From contig OZ024742.1 in the NCBI GenBank assembly GCA_964016885.1, positions 189,410,001 through 189,474,000 of the forward strand: a stretch of DNA of 64,000 nucleotides, in the 5' to 3' direction. The translations under genes were made by a program, and so were the position numbers. Below the pieces are notes generated by a model that was given only the letters and a program-made list of their open reading frames with translations, did no database searches and was not told the origin of the DNA. Positions 41,341 to 53,821 of this stretch are shown here, piece after piece (the stretch's first letter is position 1; every line of letters begins with the position of its first letter). This stretch comes from Eledone cirrhosa (taxonomy: Eukaryota).

Positions 41341-43939
41341 GAAGGGAGTCTATCGATACTGACAGAGAAAATAACTAGGATGAACACACAGACACACAAA
41401 ATAGAGTAGATAATAATGAGCGAGAGGAAAGAGACAGGAGTAATAATGAGAGACATAGAAACAACCATGAGGCTGTTGTTGGAAATAGAAATAGAAACAA
41501 CACAACTAACAATAACAATAGCAATAGTACACATAAAGCAGCAGCCTGGAACTCTACTTTTTCTAATCCTTCCGATATGTCCTTTGACCTACGACGAGTC
41601 CATGCCACAGCTTTAGCTTTTAACAAACGCACGGAATTGCCACCGCCGCAGGTTGATGAACAAACAGAAGCACAATTTAGTATAGCTAGATCTAAACTTA
41701 GAAATATTATAGAACAGTATAGCAAGAAGCAAAATAGAATGGAGGCCCAGCAACTGGGAGAAAAATCAGCAAATGGCTTGCATAAGCTCATGCAGCGCTC
41801 GTGTAATGGAGAGATTGCATGCTTTCCAACAGACAAGTATGGCAGAATGTTGGTTGAGAGTCTGTCAAACTACATCCAATCAATGCAACCCCACATCACT
41901 AACACAAGAGAAGTAACACCACAAGAGCATGAGGATAGGGAGAAAACCATCAATGCCCATATGATGATGTCGACAAACATAATGCAGCCCAATAAAAGGA
42001 CTGCCAACAACTTCCAGGCCTGGAACAATGATGTGCCAGCGTTGTATGGGCTTCAAAAAAACCATAAAACGAGCAGTGACCCTGTCACAGGAGCACCATC
42101 ATGGCCAGTCTGCGGAGCTAACATTGTTAGTAACTACAGACTTTCCTACTTCCTCTCCCTGATCATACGCCCCATCATTGAAATGTCCCCAGATATATGT
42201 GACAGCACGGAGGACCTCCTCAGCAGAATCAGCGAAAGTAACTGATCTAGAGACCTAACAAACTGTATCATAGATAGTATGGATGTTGCATCCCTATATC
42301 CATCCATTGACGTGGATTTTGCTGTGGAGAAATGCGTAGAAATGATCAGTGAGAGCAATGTTGAATTCCGTGGGATTGATACCAGTGAGCTGGGACTCCT
42401 ACTTAAACTTACCTATAGTAATGATTATCTAGATACATATGACCTTAGCAACCTGTGCCCTACAAGACCAGCAAGAGGCAGACCACCTACCATTACCTCA
42501 ATGGTCAAGAAAACCCACACAGATAGATGGAACGGGTGGACCAGAGCCATACGGACCCCCCAAAACCACGATGAAATAAAGAAAATGATTGCACATGCGG
42601 TGGGGGCCAGTATAAAATTAACCCTTAAGGAACATATGTTCAAATTTAATGGAAAAACATATGCCCAAGAGGAGGGAGCAGCCATTAGTGTTAGCATTGC
42701 AGGTGACATAGCTAACCTATTCATGGTATGGTGGGACAATAGACTTAAAATTAAACTTAAAGAACAATTAGAAGCTAGTAACCTCTTAACCCTGATAATG
42801 TACTCCCGCTATGTTGATCATATAAACATTCTAGTAAAAACACCCCCACTAGAGAACAGTCAGGAATTAGAGAAAAACACCATGGAAAGCATCCAGCAAA
42901 TAGCTAACTCCATCCACCAGAGTATTAAAGTTACTATAGACTACCCAAGCAAACACCCCAACCATCGATTACCTGTACTAGACACAGAGGTCTGGTTAGA
43001 AACCATTAATAACAAAAAACAAATCCTCCATTCCCATTATGCCAAACCCATGACTTCCAAATATGTGATCCACAGAAACTCAGCTGTTTCGGACCATACC
43101 AAAATCAACATACTGATTGCGGATTTAGTACGGGTGATGAGAAAGGTGTCCCGCATGTGCAACCCCAAAGAACTAGAGAGACACATACAACACTTCATCC
43201 ACCGTATGCAGTTCTCTGGTTATAATCAGAGAGATAAAATCAGAGTGTATAGAGGAGCCAGAACCAAATGGGAAAAAATGGTAAATAATGATACAAATGG
43301 GACCTGCCCCTTGTATAGGAGCAAATTTTGGAATAGAATAGAAAGAATTAGGAATAAGATTAATAGAATAAACTCATGGTATGATAGCAATACATACCAG
43401 AGTGTAATGTTCATCAATACAACCCCTAGAGGTGAATTAGCTTACAAATTTAGAAGGGCCCTAGATAAACATAAACTCAATATTAAGATAGTAGAAAGAC
43501 CAGGTACCTCCATAAATACACTTATTAGCAATACATACCCTTTTCAAAGACCTCCCTGTATAGATAAGAAATGCATAATCTGTAAACTAAGCCCCCATAT
43601 TAACTGTAAAACTAGAAATGTAGTATATAGCATAAGATGTACTGAAAGACAATGTAAAGATAAGAATATAGTGTACATAGGTGAGACAGCTCGTAGTATA
43701 GGAGAACGGTTAAATGAACACTGGCGAGAACTTAAGATAAAAAAGAATCATCAATACTCCACCAACATGCTAAAATAGAACATAAGGGTAAAATAGAGAA
43801 CATAAAAATAAAAATAGAATCTAGACACAGAAAAGACGCAATGTTTAGACAAATCACAGAGGCAATAAACATAAATGAACGCCAACAAAAATTAAATAGA
43901 AAACATGAATGGAACAGCAACATCACAACTTACAATTAA
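41341..43939 (+). pseudogene. Disrupted Penelope-like RT-endonuclease ORF
   Basis: SMDVASLYPSI, QEEGAAIS.SIAG.IANLFM, YSRYVDH (YVDD mutated), LPVLD, Cys-rich linker, VVY..C..C..YIGETAR..ERLNEH; stops at ~41376 and 42243, frameshift at ~43734; 5' end cut at the inversion junction. Confidence 0.92.
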
Positions 43940-44137
43940 GGACAAAATGAAAACACACACACACATAGAACAAACAACCAACCAGTAACATGTAAATAAA
44001 CAAATAAATAAACAAATATAAACCCACACAGACACCCGGATGTAACACATACGCAAACTAAGCACACAACACACACAAAAACAAGATGGCGTAGGACAGA
44101 ACAAAGGAGAGGCACAAAACAAAGAAAAAAATACCCA

Positions 44138-44180
44138 GTCACTGAAGAGGTCACAGAATGTGTGACGAAAGAACTTTGAC
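44138..44180 (+). ncRNA. Minimal type I hammerhead ribozyme in pseudo-LTR
   Basis: GTCA-CTGAAGA-G-GTCACA/gaatg/TGTGAC-GAAA-GaaC-TT-TGAC: CUGANGA and GAAA cores, 6-bp stem II, 4-bp stem I, UH site. Confidence 0.78.
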
Positions 44181-44404
44181 AATATATGAACAACCGTCCG
44201 GTTGTGGAACCACCCAACTGACCGACCGGAAATTTATAAATTCTTAAATTTATAAATTTAATTTATAATAAATTGGAGTGAAAGCATCTGGTGCGTGGGT
44301 TTCTTATTGGCAACATGACCCTCCCAAAGCATAACAATATCGGTTTCAACACACGTTTTCACATAAAGATCTTGCTAAACAAATTCAGAAACGATATATA
44401 TATA

Positions 44405-44489
<85 letters not shown>

Positions 44490-44739
44490 ATATATTATAA
44501 AAATATAAATAATAATGAAATGAAGAGTATTGGACTCAAATATATCTGTGAATGGTTTCTTTAGTTTGTTTCTTATCCAATATATGAAATCAGTCACAGA
44601 GAAGAAATCTATAGATTTCTCTACAGAAGCAGTTCTGAATGCAGCATTGTTCAATGTTAATATATTCTTGTACAATACTTTTCAACAATTCCACCAATCT
44701 ACCACCCTTAGACTAACACTTAATATATTAACACCAATA

Positions 44740-45275
44740 GGATGAAAGGCAAATATGGCCTTGGTGTGATTTGAACTGAGAGAACCAGAATGAATACTGC
44801 AAACCCTTTTGTCCAACACCTGCCCTAACAACTCTGTTAATTCACTATCTCAAAAATAAAAAATAATTGTTTCTACGTTAGGCACAAGACCAGCAATTAC
44901 CCAGTGTATTACTGGTACTTTATTTTATCGACCCCGTAAGGATGAAAGGCAGATTAACCTCGGCGGGATTTGAACTCAGAATAGCAAGGGCCGTAACTCT
45001 ATGCGTCAAAGCATGGCGTCCGACTCTCTACCAATACTGCCAATCCACCGCCCTTCAAAAATAAAAAATAATGATATTAATAATGGTTTCTGATTTAGGC
45101 AAAAGGCCAACAATTTTGTGAGAGGGGAAAGTCAATTAAATCGACCCCAGTGCATTACTGGTACTTTATTTGATCGACCCCATAAGGCAAAGTTAACCTC
45201 GGCGGGATTTGAACTCATAATGGCAAGGGCCGTAACTCTATGCTACAAAGCATGACGTCCGACCCTCTACCGATA
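44740..45275 (-). mobile_element. Three tandem family A SINEs; the middle copy (44866-45053) has 17-bp TSD tcaaaaataaaaaataa
   Basis: Reverse-complement consensus matches; duplicated flank. Confidence 0.9.
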
Positions 45276-45319
45276 ATAATAATAATAATAATAATAATAA
45301 AATAATAATAATAATAATG

Positions 45320-46405
45320 ATTTCTTTATTGGCCACAAGGGCTGGCATCAAGAAAAACATTACAGATGGTACAGGACAGTGCAGAACGGCACGATGTGGG
45401 TTTTGTGCGTGTAAAGATTTTTATTATTTATATAAGAAAAGAAAAAAAAGACATAGAAACATATATATATAAACAATAAAAATGAAAATTGAATCTTTAT
45501 TAACCACAAGGGTTTACACAAAGTAAGACATTAAGGACAGTACAGGACAATACAGGACGGTACAAATGGGCATTTCTGCGTGTGAAAAAAACAAACAAAA
45601 AAGGAAAAATGAAAAATTCCCCAATAGGGGGGAGACTTCCAAGGGCCATCATGGAGAAAGCTCATTAAAAAAAAGCCACGGTGACCCTGACCACCAGGAC
45701 AAGTGCCCTCTCCCAGTTTTCCACCTTCAATTTACAGGCACATACTCATTCTTGCCTCTCTCACCCATCTTTCAACAAAAAGCTGGGAAGAGAGCACTTC
45801 CCTCTCTACCCTGATTTTCCTTTTCAAATGAAATTTAAAAAAGTTAATCAGGGCATCACCGAAGAGGTAAGTGCTCGTCTTCAGCCCTTTCAGACACGTC
45901 CATCATACTATCTCTTTCGCCATGGCCACCAGACAGATAAAAACTGCCTGCCCTTCCCAGCTAAAGGAAGAGGGCGGGGCAATCCTCATGATGGACTCAG
46001 CTGATAGCCGGATCCGTTCTACACATGTCAGCAGGTGTTCGACATAAACCCACAAGTCAGCAATGCTCGGACACTGGACGAGTGTGTGCAGGATGGTTTC
46101 ATCGCCCTGCGCGCATCTCGGACATGCCCGGCTGACGGCACTTCCATGCTTGTAGAGTTTATCCCGAACTGGCAAAGCTCTTCGGTAGCACTGCCAGGCC
46201 AGGGATTTCTGGAAATTGTCCATAGGCTCCGGCCCGAAAGTTCTTCCGAAGAGATTGGCTAGTTGATTTTTGTCGACGCCTAGAGTTTCCCCAAGTACGT
46301 CGTCGCTCTTCCCCTCCACTAATCCTCTATAGAAGGCCAAGGTGGAGTTTCCACCGATCACATTGCCTGACTGGTCGAGGGCTGTGAGCGCCTGAAGACA
46401 TTCCA
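45320..46405 (-). mobile_element. L1-Tx1-type LINE 3' fragment (ORF2 C-terminal CCHC region + 3' UTR) with a second tandem tail
   Basis: LAWQCYRRALPV..L....CPRCAQGDETILHTLVQCP...LW (zf-RVT); termini ccttgtgg(t/c)(t/c)aataaaga at ~45494 and ~45321. Confidence 0.88.
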
Positions 46406-46919
46406 ATAATAATAAAGGTTAACTTTGCCTTTCATCCTTACGGGGTCGATAAAATAAAGTACCAGTAATATACTGGATATTTGATGGCCTTGTGCCAAAA
46501 GTAGAAACAAATAATAATAATAATTATAAATGAATAAATAAATAAATAAATAAATAAAATAAAAAATAAATATGTAGATTAGGTAAATACTAACATCAAA
46601 TTGACAATTAGAGGAATGTAACAAGCAAGAGGTAAACAGCACAAGCAGAAAACTTCTAAACTGCTTTAAATGATGTTTCACTAAACCCAATTTACCAGTG
46701 CAATGTTGAATAATGCTTGTTTCCCCACCATGCTGCTAAATTCAACTGAAAATTGCTCTGGAGTTCAAAGTATCATTTTCCTCCTTCTTCTAACACATCA
46801 TCACCTCTACAATACCGCAGCCACCACCACTACCAGTGATTCCCTTTTTTTTTTTTTTTTTGCCTTTATCTATCACCTGCTTTGCTCACCCAACCCCACT
46901 GCCACCACCTACAACATTT

Positions 46920-47185
46920 TAGCTTTCTTCTTTTTTTTTTCTTTTTCCTTTTCTTCTTCTTTTCTTTTCCCTTTTCTTCTTCTTCGCCTTCTTCTTCTTC
47001 TCCTTCTTCTTCTTTTCTTTTCTCTTTTCTTCTTCTTCTTCACCTTCTTCTTCTTCTTCTTCTTCTTCTTCTTCTTCTTCTCCTTCTTCTTCTTCTTCTT
47101 CTTCTTCTTCTTCTTCTCCATCTTCTTCTTCTTCTTCTTCTTCTTCTTCTTCTTCTTCTTCTTCTTCTTCTTCTTCTTCTTCTCC
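46920..47185. repeat. (TTC)n microsatellite
   Basis: Directly visible. Confidence 0.95.
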
Positions 47186-47386
47186 CCCCCCCTCTTCCAT
47201 CTATCTTCCCCTTTACCCAACTCAACAGTTTCACTGTTGCTGCTTTTCTTATATATTCTGTTTTAATTCTTTCTTTTCTGGTGAGGATGATAGAGCTTAT
47301 TTCAAGTTTTAGGTGAAAAGTGGTGTGTGTGTGTGTGTATTTGTGTGTGAGTGTGTATGTGTGTGTGTGGATGCGTTTGTGTGTGC

Positions 47387-47426
<40 letters not shown>

Positions 47427-48159
47427 ATGTGTATGTGCATGTAAGTATTGTGGGTATGTGATTGTGTGTGATTGCGTGTGTGTGGTTGTATGTGTGTGGA
47501 TGTATGTGTGTCTGCGTCTGTGGCTGTGTCTGCAGGTGTCTGTGTATATGTGTGTGTGTGTGTGTGTGTGAATGTATATGTGTGTAGGTGGTAGGTGAAA
47601 GTATAGACATTGCAGTCAGTTTAAACATTTACAGCTTTCAGCTAGCTTTAAATCAATAATACTATTATATTCTCTGCAAGAATATATCACATCCACCCTA
47701 CCACCATCATACTCATCATCATCATCATCATCATCATTACTGTTGTTATTATTATTATTATCATTATTATTATTATTAGAAGAAGAAGAAATTCTTACAA
47801 TAATGACAACAATAATATTGATAATAATATTAATAATAATAAAGAATAAATAAAAAAAAAACACAAACCATAATAATCATTTTTTGGTCTGAAAAATGTG
47901 TACATGTGGGTGTGTGGTTGTATGTATGGGTAGCATGTATGTGTGTGATTGTGTGTGTATGTGAGTATGTGTATATGTGTTGGTGTGTAAGTGTATGTGT
48001 GTGAGTAAGTGTGTGTATATGTGTGGGTGGGTGATTGTGTGTGCGTATGTAAGTGTATGTGTGTGTGAGTGTGTGATTGTGTATGTATGTAAGTGTATGT
48101 TTGTGAGTGCATATGAGTAAGTATGTGTATATATATATATGTGGTTGTATGATTGTATG

Positions 48160-48205
<46 letters not shown>

Positions 48206-48459
48206 AAAGAAAGCTAATGCAGATATAATGAGCAGAAAAGAAGATAATATATTTACTTGTTGGTGAAATTTACTCTTCAGTTGCAGCTTACAATATACAT
48301 GTTATTCTATTTTGATATAAAAATTACAGAATATATCTAGTTTGTAGGTATTCTGAAGTGGAGGCTATTTTCTCTCAATAAACTTCTGGCATCAGATGAA
48401 AGCTTGAAAAATAGGGAAAATATATATAAAAATACACCACTTTCTACAGGCAATTCATA

Positions 48460-48563
48460 CAATATACACAACAACAACAACAACAATACAATAGCACCAA
48501 CTAACACAGTAACAATAACAAATACAATAGCAAAACAAATACATTAGCAACAACATACAGAAT

Positions 48564-48607
<44 letters not shown>

Positions 48608-48645
48608 CCAAAATAGCAACAACAAACACAGTAGCAACAATATAT

Positions 48646-48682
<37 letters not shown>

Positions 48683-49070
48683 CTAAAATAGCAACAACAA
48701 ACACATTAGCAACAACATATACATTAGCAACAATAAATACAACAACAACAACTACTACAACTAAAATAGCAACAACAGACACATTAGCAACAATATATAC
48801 ATTAGCAACAACAAATACAATAACAACAATAAACACATTAGCAACATTATATACAAGAACAACAACAAAAATAGCAACAACATTAGCAACAATATATACA
48901 TTAGGAACAACAAATACAATAACAACAACAACAAACAAAATAGCAACAACAAACAGAATAGCAACAACAAATACAATAGCAACAACAAAACACAACAACC
49001 ACAACAAACACAATAGCAGAAGCAAGCACAATAGCAACAACAAATACAACAACAACAACAAATACAGAAG
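48460..49070. repeat. (ACA)n-derived low-complexity tract
   Basis: Recurrent tagcaacaaca. Confidence 0.9.
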
Positions 49071-49334
49071 CACATGGCCAAGCATCTTCCTCTGTCACAT
49101 GTGGAGGCTATCCCATAGATTACTTAACTGGGTTCTTTCTGTGATCCCTTCATTTTTTATGATGTCATGCCCTCCCTGTATCCTAAGTTTGGTCCAAAGG
49201 CAACGTCTATGGAAGACAGCTACAGTTCTATAGATTCTGCTCATTTTTTCCATGTCTTGAAAACATAAATCTTCACTGGTATAATGTGTGATATACTGGC
49301 AGAACTTTGTGGCTTGACTGATGAAGGATTTGGA

Positions 49335-49640
49335 TCATGCAGGCTTCAGGGACTGAGGGAAGTTGAGCCATACATACTTCAGGTGCTATGGAAGTTAGAC
49401 CATACAGACTTTAAGTGCTGGAGGAGTTGAGCCAAACAGGCTTCGAATGTTAGGCGAGTTGAGCCATACATACTTTAAGTGCTGAGAAGAGTTAAGCCAT
49501 ACAGGTTTCAGGGGCTGAGAGGAGTTGAGCCAACACACTCCAGGTGCTGGAGGAGTTGAGCCATATAGGAGTAGTTGAACCATGCATGCAGGCTTAAGTG
49601 CAAGGGGAGTTGAGCTGCTATACAAGCTTTAAATGCTGAA
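49335..49640. repeat. Degenerate ~32-33 bp minisatellite, ~9 copies
   Basis: Recurrent (c/t)ttcaggtgctggaggagttgagccataca. Confidence 0.75.
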
Positions 49641-50005
49641 GCATAGCTGCAGCTTTGCTCAGTCACTTTTCCACACCAGTTCTTGAGTTGCCATCTTTAT
49701 CAAGCATGAGTATAAGAAAAAATCAACAGTCTCCATTAGGAGTTTGGAGATCACTGACAGTAGCATATAAGCTTATAACTTTATTTCAATGAGCATCAAA
49801 CTGAATTATATTTGTGGCATGATGTAAAGCTGATTATAACATTATAGTACACATACCATTAAATTCAACTTAAATTCAACTTATGATATTAAATTCAAAA
49901 CGTAGAAGTGAAATGATCAAGTAAAAATGATAATGGTCAGGTCATAAGTTTATATTTATTGCAGATATTGTAGCAAATTCTCACTCTATCATTTACTACT
50001 ACTAT

Positions 50006-50061
<56 letters not shown>

Positions 50062-50720
50062 ATACTACTAATACTACTGATACTACTACTGCTACTGTAG
50101 CCTGTACACCTCAGAGTGGACTGACCTCTTGTCATTCCTACCTGGACCGTACCACTTCACTTGTCTCCTTGTCCGTATTGTATGTACACTCTCAAGGTCT
50201 TTCCTCTTTATAACATCAGTCCTCTGGAATTCTCCTCTTGTCTTTGTTTACACTTCAGTTAAACTGGACTTTACGAGGCTGTTACCATAATCTTTTATTC
50301 CACAAATTATTTTGGAGTGACTGGATCTACAGATGTTGGTAACACAACCCTTTTCTACACACCAAAATATTTTGAGCATAACATAATGTTGGATTACTAG
50401 ATTGATTTAAGTTTCTCATAAACCTTCAAGTGCAACAGCCCAGAACTTGCCTGAGTTTCATTGCTATTAAGCAACTCTGGACAGGGTGCCAGTTCATCAC
50501 AGGGTTCACCTGCAATGAATGCTGATATCCATCTCTTGTAGCTGAGTGAACTGGATCATCAAGAAATGAAGTGTCTTGTTCCCTGACACAACATGCAAAC
50601 AAGCTTGGGAATCAAAATCATACATTCCAAAACCCTAACCACTAAACTACATTCCTTCACATTGAATATTTTTTTAATTCATAATATATATATATATATA
50701 TAATGTTATATATATATGCT

Positions 50721-50820
50721 GTCAGAGTGGCCAAGCAGTTTAAGGTGAAGTTACCTTAACCAGAACAATGAGTATTCTGGTCCACAATTGTGGGCGTGGG
50801 TTTGAATCCCACTCCTGACA
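50721..50820 (+). pseudogene. tRNA-Leu(CAA-type, intron-containing) pseudogene
   Basis: GTCAG..TGGCCAAGCAGTTTAAGGTG, intron-like insert, TTCTGG, variable arm CCACAattGTGG, T-arm GTGGGTTTGAATCCCAC, CCTGACA; the 5' anticodon stem CCAGACTC is missing. Confidence 0.8.
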
Positions 50821-50977
50821 ACATTTTGTCTAACCCATGCTAGCGTGGAAGAACAGATGTAAAACGGTGATGATGATGATGATGATGATGATGATATAAT
50901 AAAAACAAAATTGGAATTTGGTTTTTCACACTAACAGCAGATACATAAATGCATACATGAGTTTTATATTGAATGTT

Positions 50978-51364
50978 AATTGTTTCTACTTTTGGCACAA
51001 GGCCAGCAATTACCCAGTACATTTCTGGTACTTTATTTTATCGACCCGTAAGGATGAAAAGCAAAGTTAACCTCGGCTGGATTTGAACTCAGACCGTAAA
51101 GGGACGTAACTATGCTGGAAAGCATGGCGTCCGACTCTCTACCGATACTGCCAATCCATCACGTATATATTAAATGATAATTGTTTCTACTTTAGGCACA
51201 AGGCCAGCAATTATCCAGTGCATTACTGGTACTTTATTTTATCGACCCCGTAAGGATGAAAGGCAAAGTCAACCTCGGCGGGATTTGAACTCAGATCGTA
51301 AAGGGACGTAACTATGCTGGAAAGCATGGCGTCCGACCCTCTACCGATACTGCCAATCCACCGC
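50978..51364 (-). mobile_element. Two tandem family A SINEs; the second has TSD ttaaatgataa
   Basis: Reverse-complement consensus matches. Confidence 0.92.
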
Positions 51365-51393
51365 TTAAATGATAATAATATCCAATTTGTTTG

Positions 51394-51486
51394 CTATGTT
51401 TTAGATGACCATCACCATCCTGTTGTACTAGTAGTGACAGAGATTACTAGAAGAAAAGGATGGTGATGGTCATCTAAAAGACATAG
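51394..51486. other. Hairpin with 23-bp perfect stem
   Basis: ttttagatgaccatcaccatcct / aggatggtgatggtcatctaaaa plus inner ctagta/tactag and outer ctatgt/acatag pairing. Confidence 0.85.
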
Positions 51487-51541
51487 TGTAATGAGGCTGT
51501 TTGCTTGCAAATGAATCGAGTATTATTATTATTCAATATAA

Positions 51542-51730
51542 GGCGGTGAATTGGCAGTATTGGTAGAGGGTCGGACGCCATGCTTTGACGCATAGAGTTA
51601 CGGCCCTTGCCATTCTGAGTTCAAATCCCGCCGAGGTTAACTTTGCCTTTCATCCTTACGGGGTCGATAAAATAAAGTACCAGTAATACACTGGGAAATT
51701 GCTGGCCTTGTGCCAAAAGTAGAAACAATT
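51542..51730 (+). mobile_element. Family A SINE with TSD ttattattcaatataa
   Basis: Consensus match; duplicated flank. Confidence 0.92.
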
Positions 51731-53024
51731 ATTATTCAATATAAAACTCATGACTGCATTTATGTAATGATTTCTAGCCAGAGAGTGCATCTTTAAAACT
51801 TGTTTACAAAATAATCATATTATATGATTCACATGATGGAACAATCTTAGATCATTAGTTGATAAATAGACATTTGATTTAAGTATCTTAGTTTTCCAGT
51901 ATTCATAATATGGGCTCATTAGTAATTTAAAGAATTTCTGTTTAAAAATACAATATTAGATCAATAATTTACAGAAATTTGGTAAAATGTCTGAAATGAT
52001 ATTAATTCAACATTGAATAAAATAATGAATCCTTTGTTAGTTTTAATGACAAATGTTCCAGTTGTTCATTGAAGTGAATGTTAAACTCTAGAATAAATAT
52101 GTAAGTAAGTGAGTATTCCACAGTTACATGTAACTTTATCATAATTTCCAAACTAAATCAATACAACAATAAATGATAAGGCTGGTACTTTGAATTTTAG
52201 GTACAGCCCATCTGATGGGTTTCCAAACATTGGACATTATGGAATAGAGTTTCTGACAGTAACCTCATATTGACAAATGCTGTGTGAGTAGAATTTGGTA
52301 GTCAGAAACTGTGTGGAAGGCTGATGCATTAGATTGTGTCACTTTGTGTAACAAAGTAACAGAACCATTAAATACATAGAGATACAATAAGTACCAGCCT
52401 AAACGTAAGTAGTAGGGTCAATGTGATCAGAGAAAACCCTTGAAATTAGTGTTCCAAATTTATTGCAGTGACTGAAACCAATCATCATTTTACATTCACT
52501 TTCAAAACTGACATGGGTTTAATAGGTTGTTACAGCCTTAGTCAGTTTATATTAGAAATGTTGTCCCCCTAGAGAGGTCAGAGGATATTCCACTTAAATA
52601 TTCTTATTTTTGCCATGGTTTCTATGGCTGTAAGCTCTTCCTAACACAAACCACTTAACAGAGTGTAGTTCATGCAACATATTACGGCACCAACACTAGA
52701 GAGGGTATGTTTTCAACAAGACTAAAGAGTCCTCTTTACCTTTCAAGAGTAGTTTGTTACATTTTATTGTGATACCAGCATTAGTGAGGTTGTCATGTCC
52801 TCAACATTATTAAGAGTCCAGACTACGATACGTTGTCTCAGAATCTCAGTGAGGAAATCTTCTTCTTATCGATTCGCTACACCACACCTATCCAGTTTGC
52901 ACAGAGAGCTTCAAGATTGGGGGAAAACTAGAAAGTGCTCCATAGTTTGTAATTCCCCTCATTGACAGTTGGAATCAACATTGATGTAAGGGAATAAAAG
53001 AATATAAATTTGGTAGTAAGGAGA

Positions 53025-53342
53025 AAGACCCCTTCAGTCATGAGTAACCATGGGATTTGTACCTAGAAAGTTGCCCTCTGGGCAAGGTTGTTTAAGGAAG
53101 ACCAGTGATCACCCATGCACACCAGTCTTTCCTCTCCACATCACCGATGCTGTCAAAGGGAGAAGCTAAGGCCGATACAGCTTGACACTAGAGATATCAC
53201 AACTCATTTCTATAGCTGAGTGAACTGGAGCAACATGAAATAAAGTATCTTGCTCAAGAGCACAACACAGCTTGATTCGGGAATCAAACTCACATCTTCA
53301 CAATTGTAAGCCCGACACACTAACCACAAAGCCATGTGCCTG
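53025..53342 (-). mobile_element. SINE family C
   Basis: Homologous to 33643-33972. Confidence 0.8.
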
Positions 53343-53821
53343 GCTAGTATAGCTATTTAAAATCTATTTTGGATTTACTCCACTGAGATGCAGCTGAAAT
53401 TCAATATTTTATTGTCATTGAAAAGATATAATTTAGAGGTTTTTCTTGAGAGAAAAATATTTTTTCTTGGTTGGGGGTCTTACCTTCACATAATTTGAAT
53501 CTCATGAATATAATGTAGGCATAGGTAAGTGGTTAAGAAGTTAGCTTTTAATGAGATAACTAACAGTAGCTGTTATGCAAGACTGATTACAAGTCAGTAT
53601 GTGCACATATTTACAGAAGCTATAAATTAGTGTCTTTGAACCAGCAGTGGTTAGATATGACAGATAAGCAATGAGAGAAAACATTTCAAAGTCTTTTGAG
53701 AGTAATACAAGCTTATTCATGATTTATCAGAGAGTATTTTGAATATGATGCTCCATCATTGGCATAAACCAGTGGCTGAAATCACTAAATGAATATTTAT
53801 TTTATTTTGCATGTGCATATA

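Larger units (their letters stand above)
40641..44393 (+). mobile_element. Penelope-like retroelement (GIY-YIG type, Neptune/Nematis-like) with inverted 5' arm, inserted in (TA)n
   Basis: RT and GIY-YIG motifs; 40641-41340 is the reverse complement of ~43619-44337; ~55-nt extra tail at 44338-44393; (TA)n on both flanks. Confidence 0.93.

Noticed and set aside
42243-42245. In-frame TGA as selenocysteine or readthrough (as reported for Naiad PLEs)
   Set aside because: It sits in a variable position consistent with CGA>TGA decay; the copy has other lesions (TAG, YVDH, frameshift) and a C-terminal endonuclease, unlike Naiads
44500-44745. Continuation of the RTE LINE beyond the Penelope insertion
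   Set aside because: No RT-like translation found right of the element, so a LINE split by the insertion is not supported
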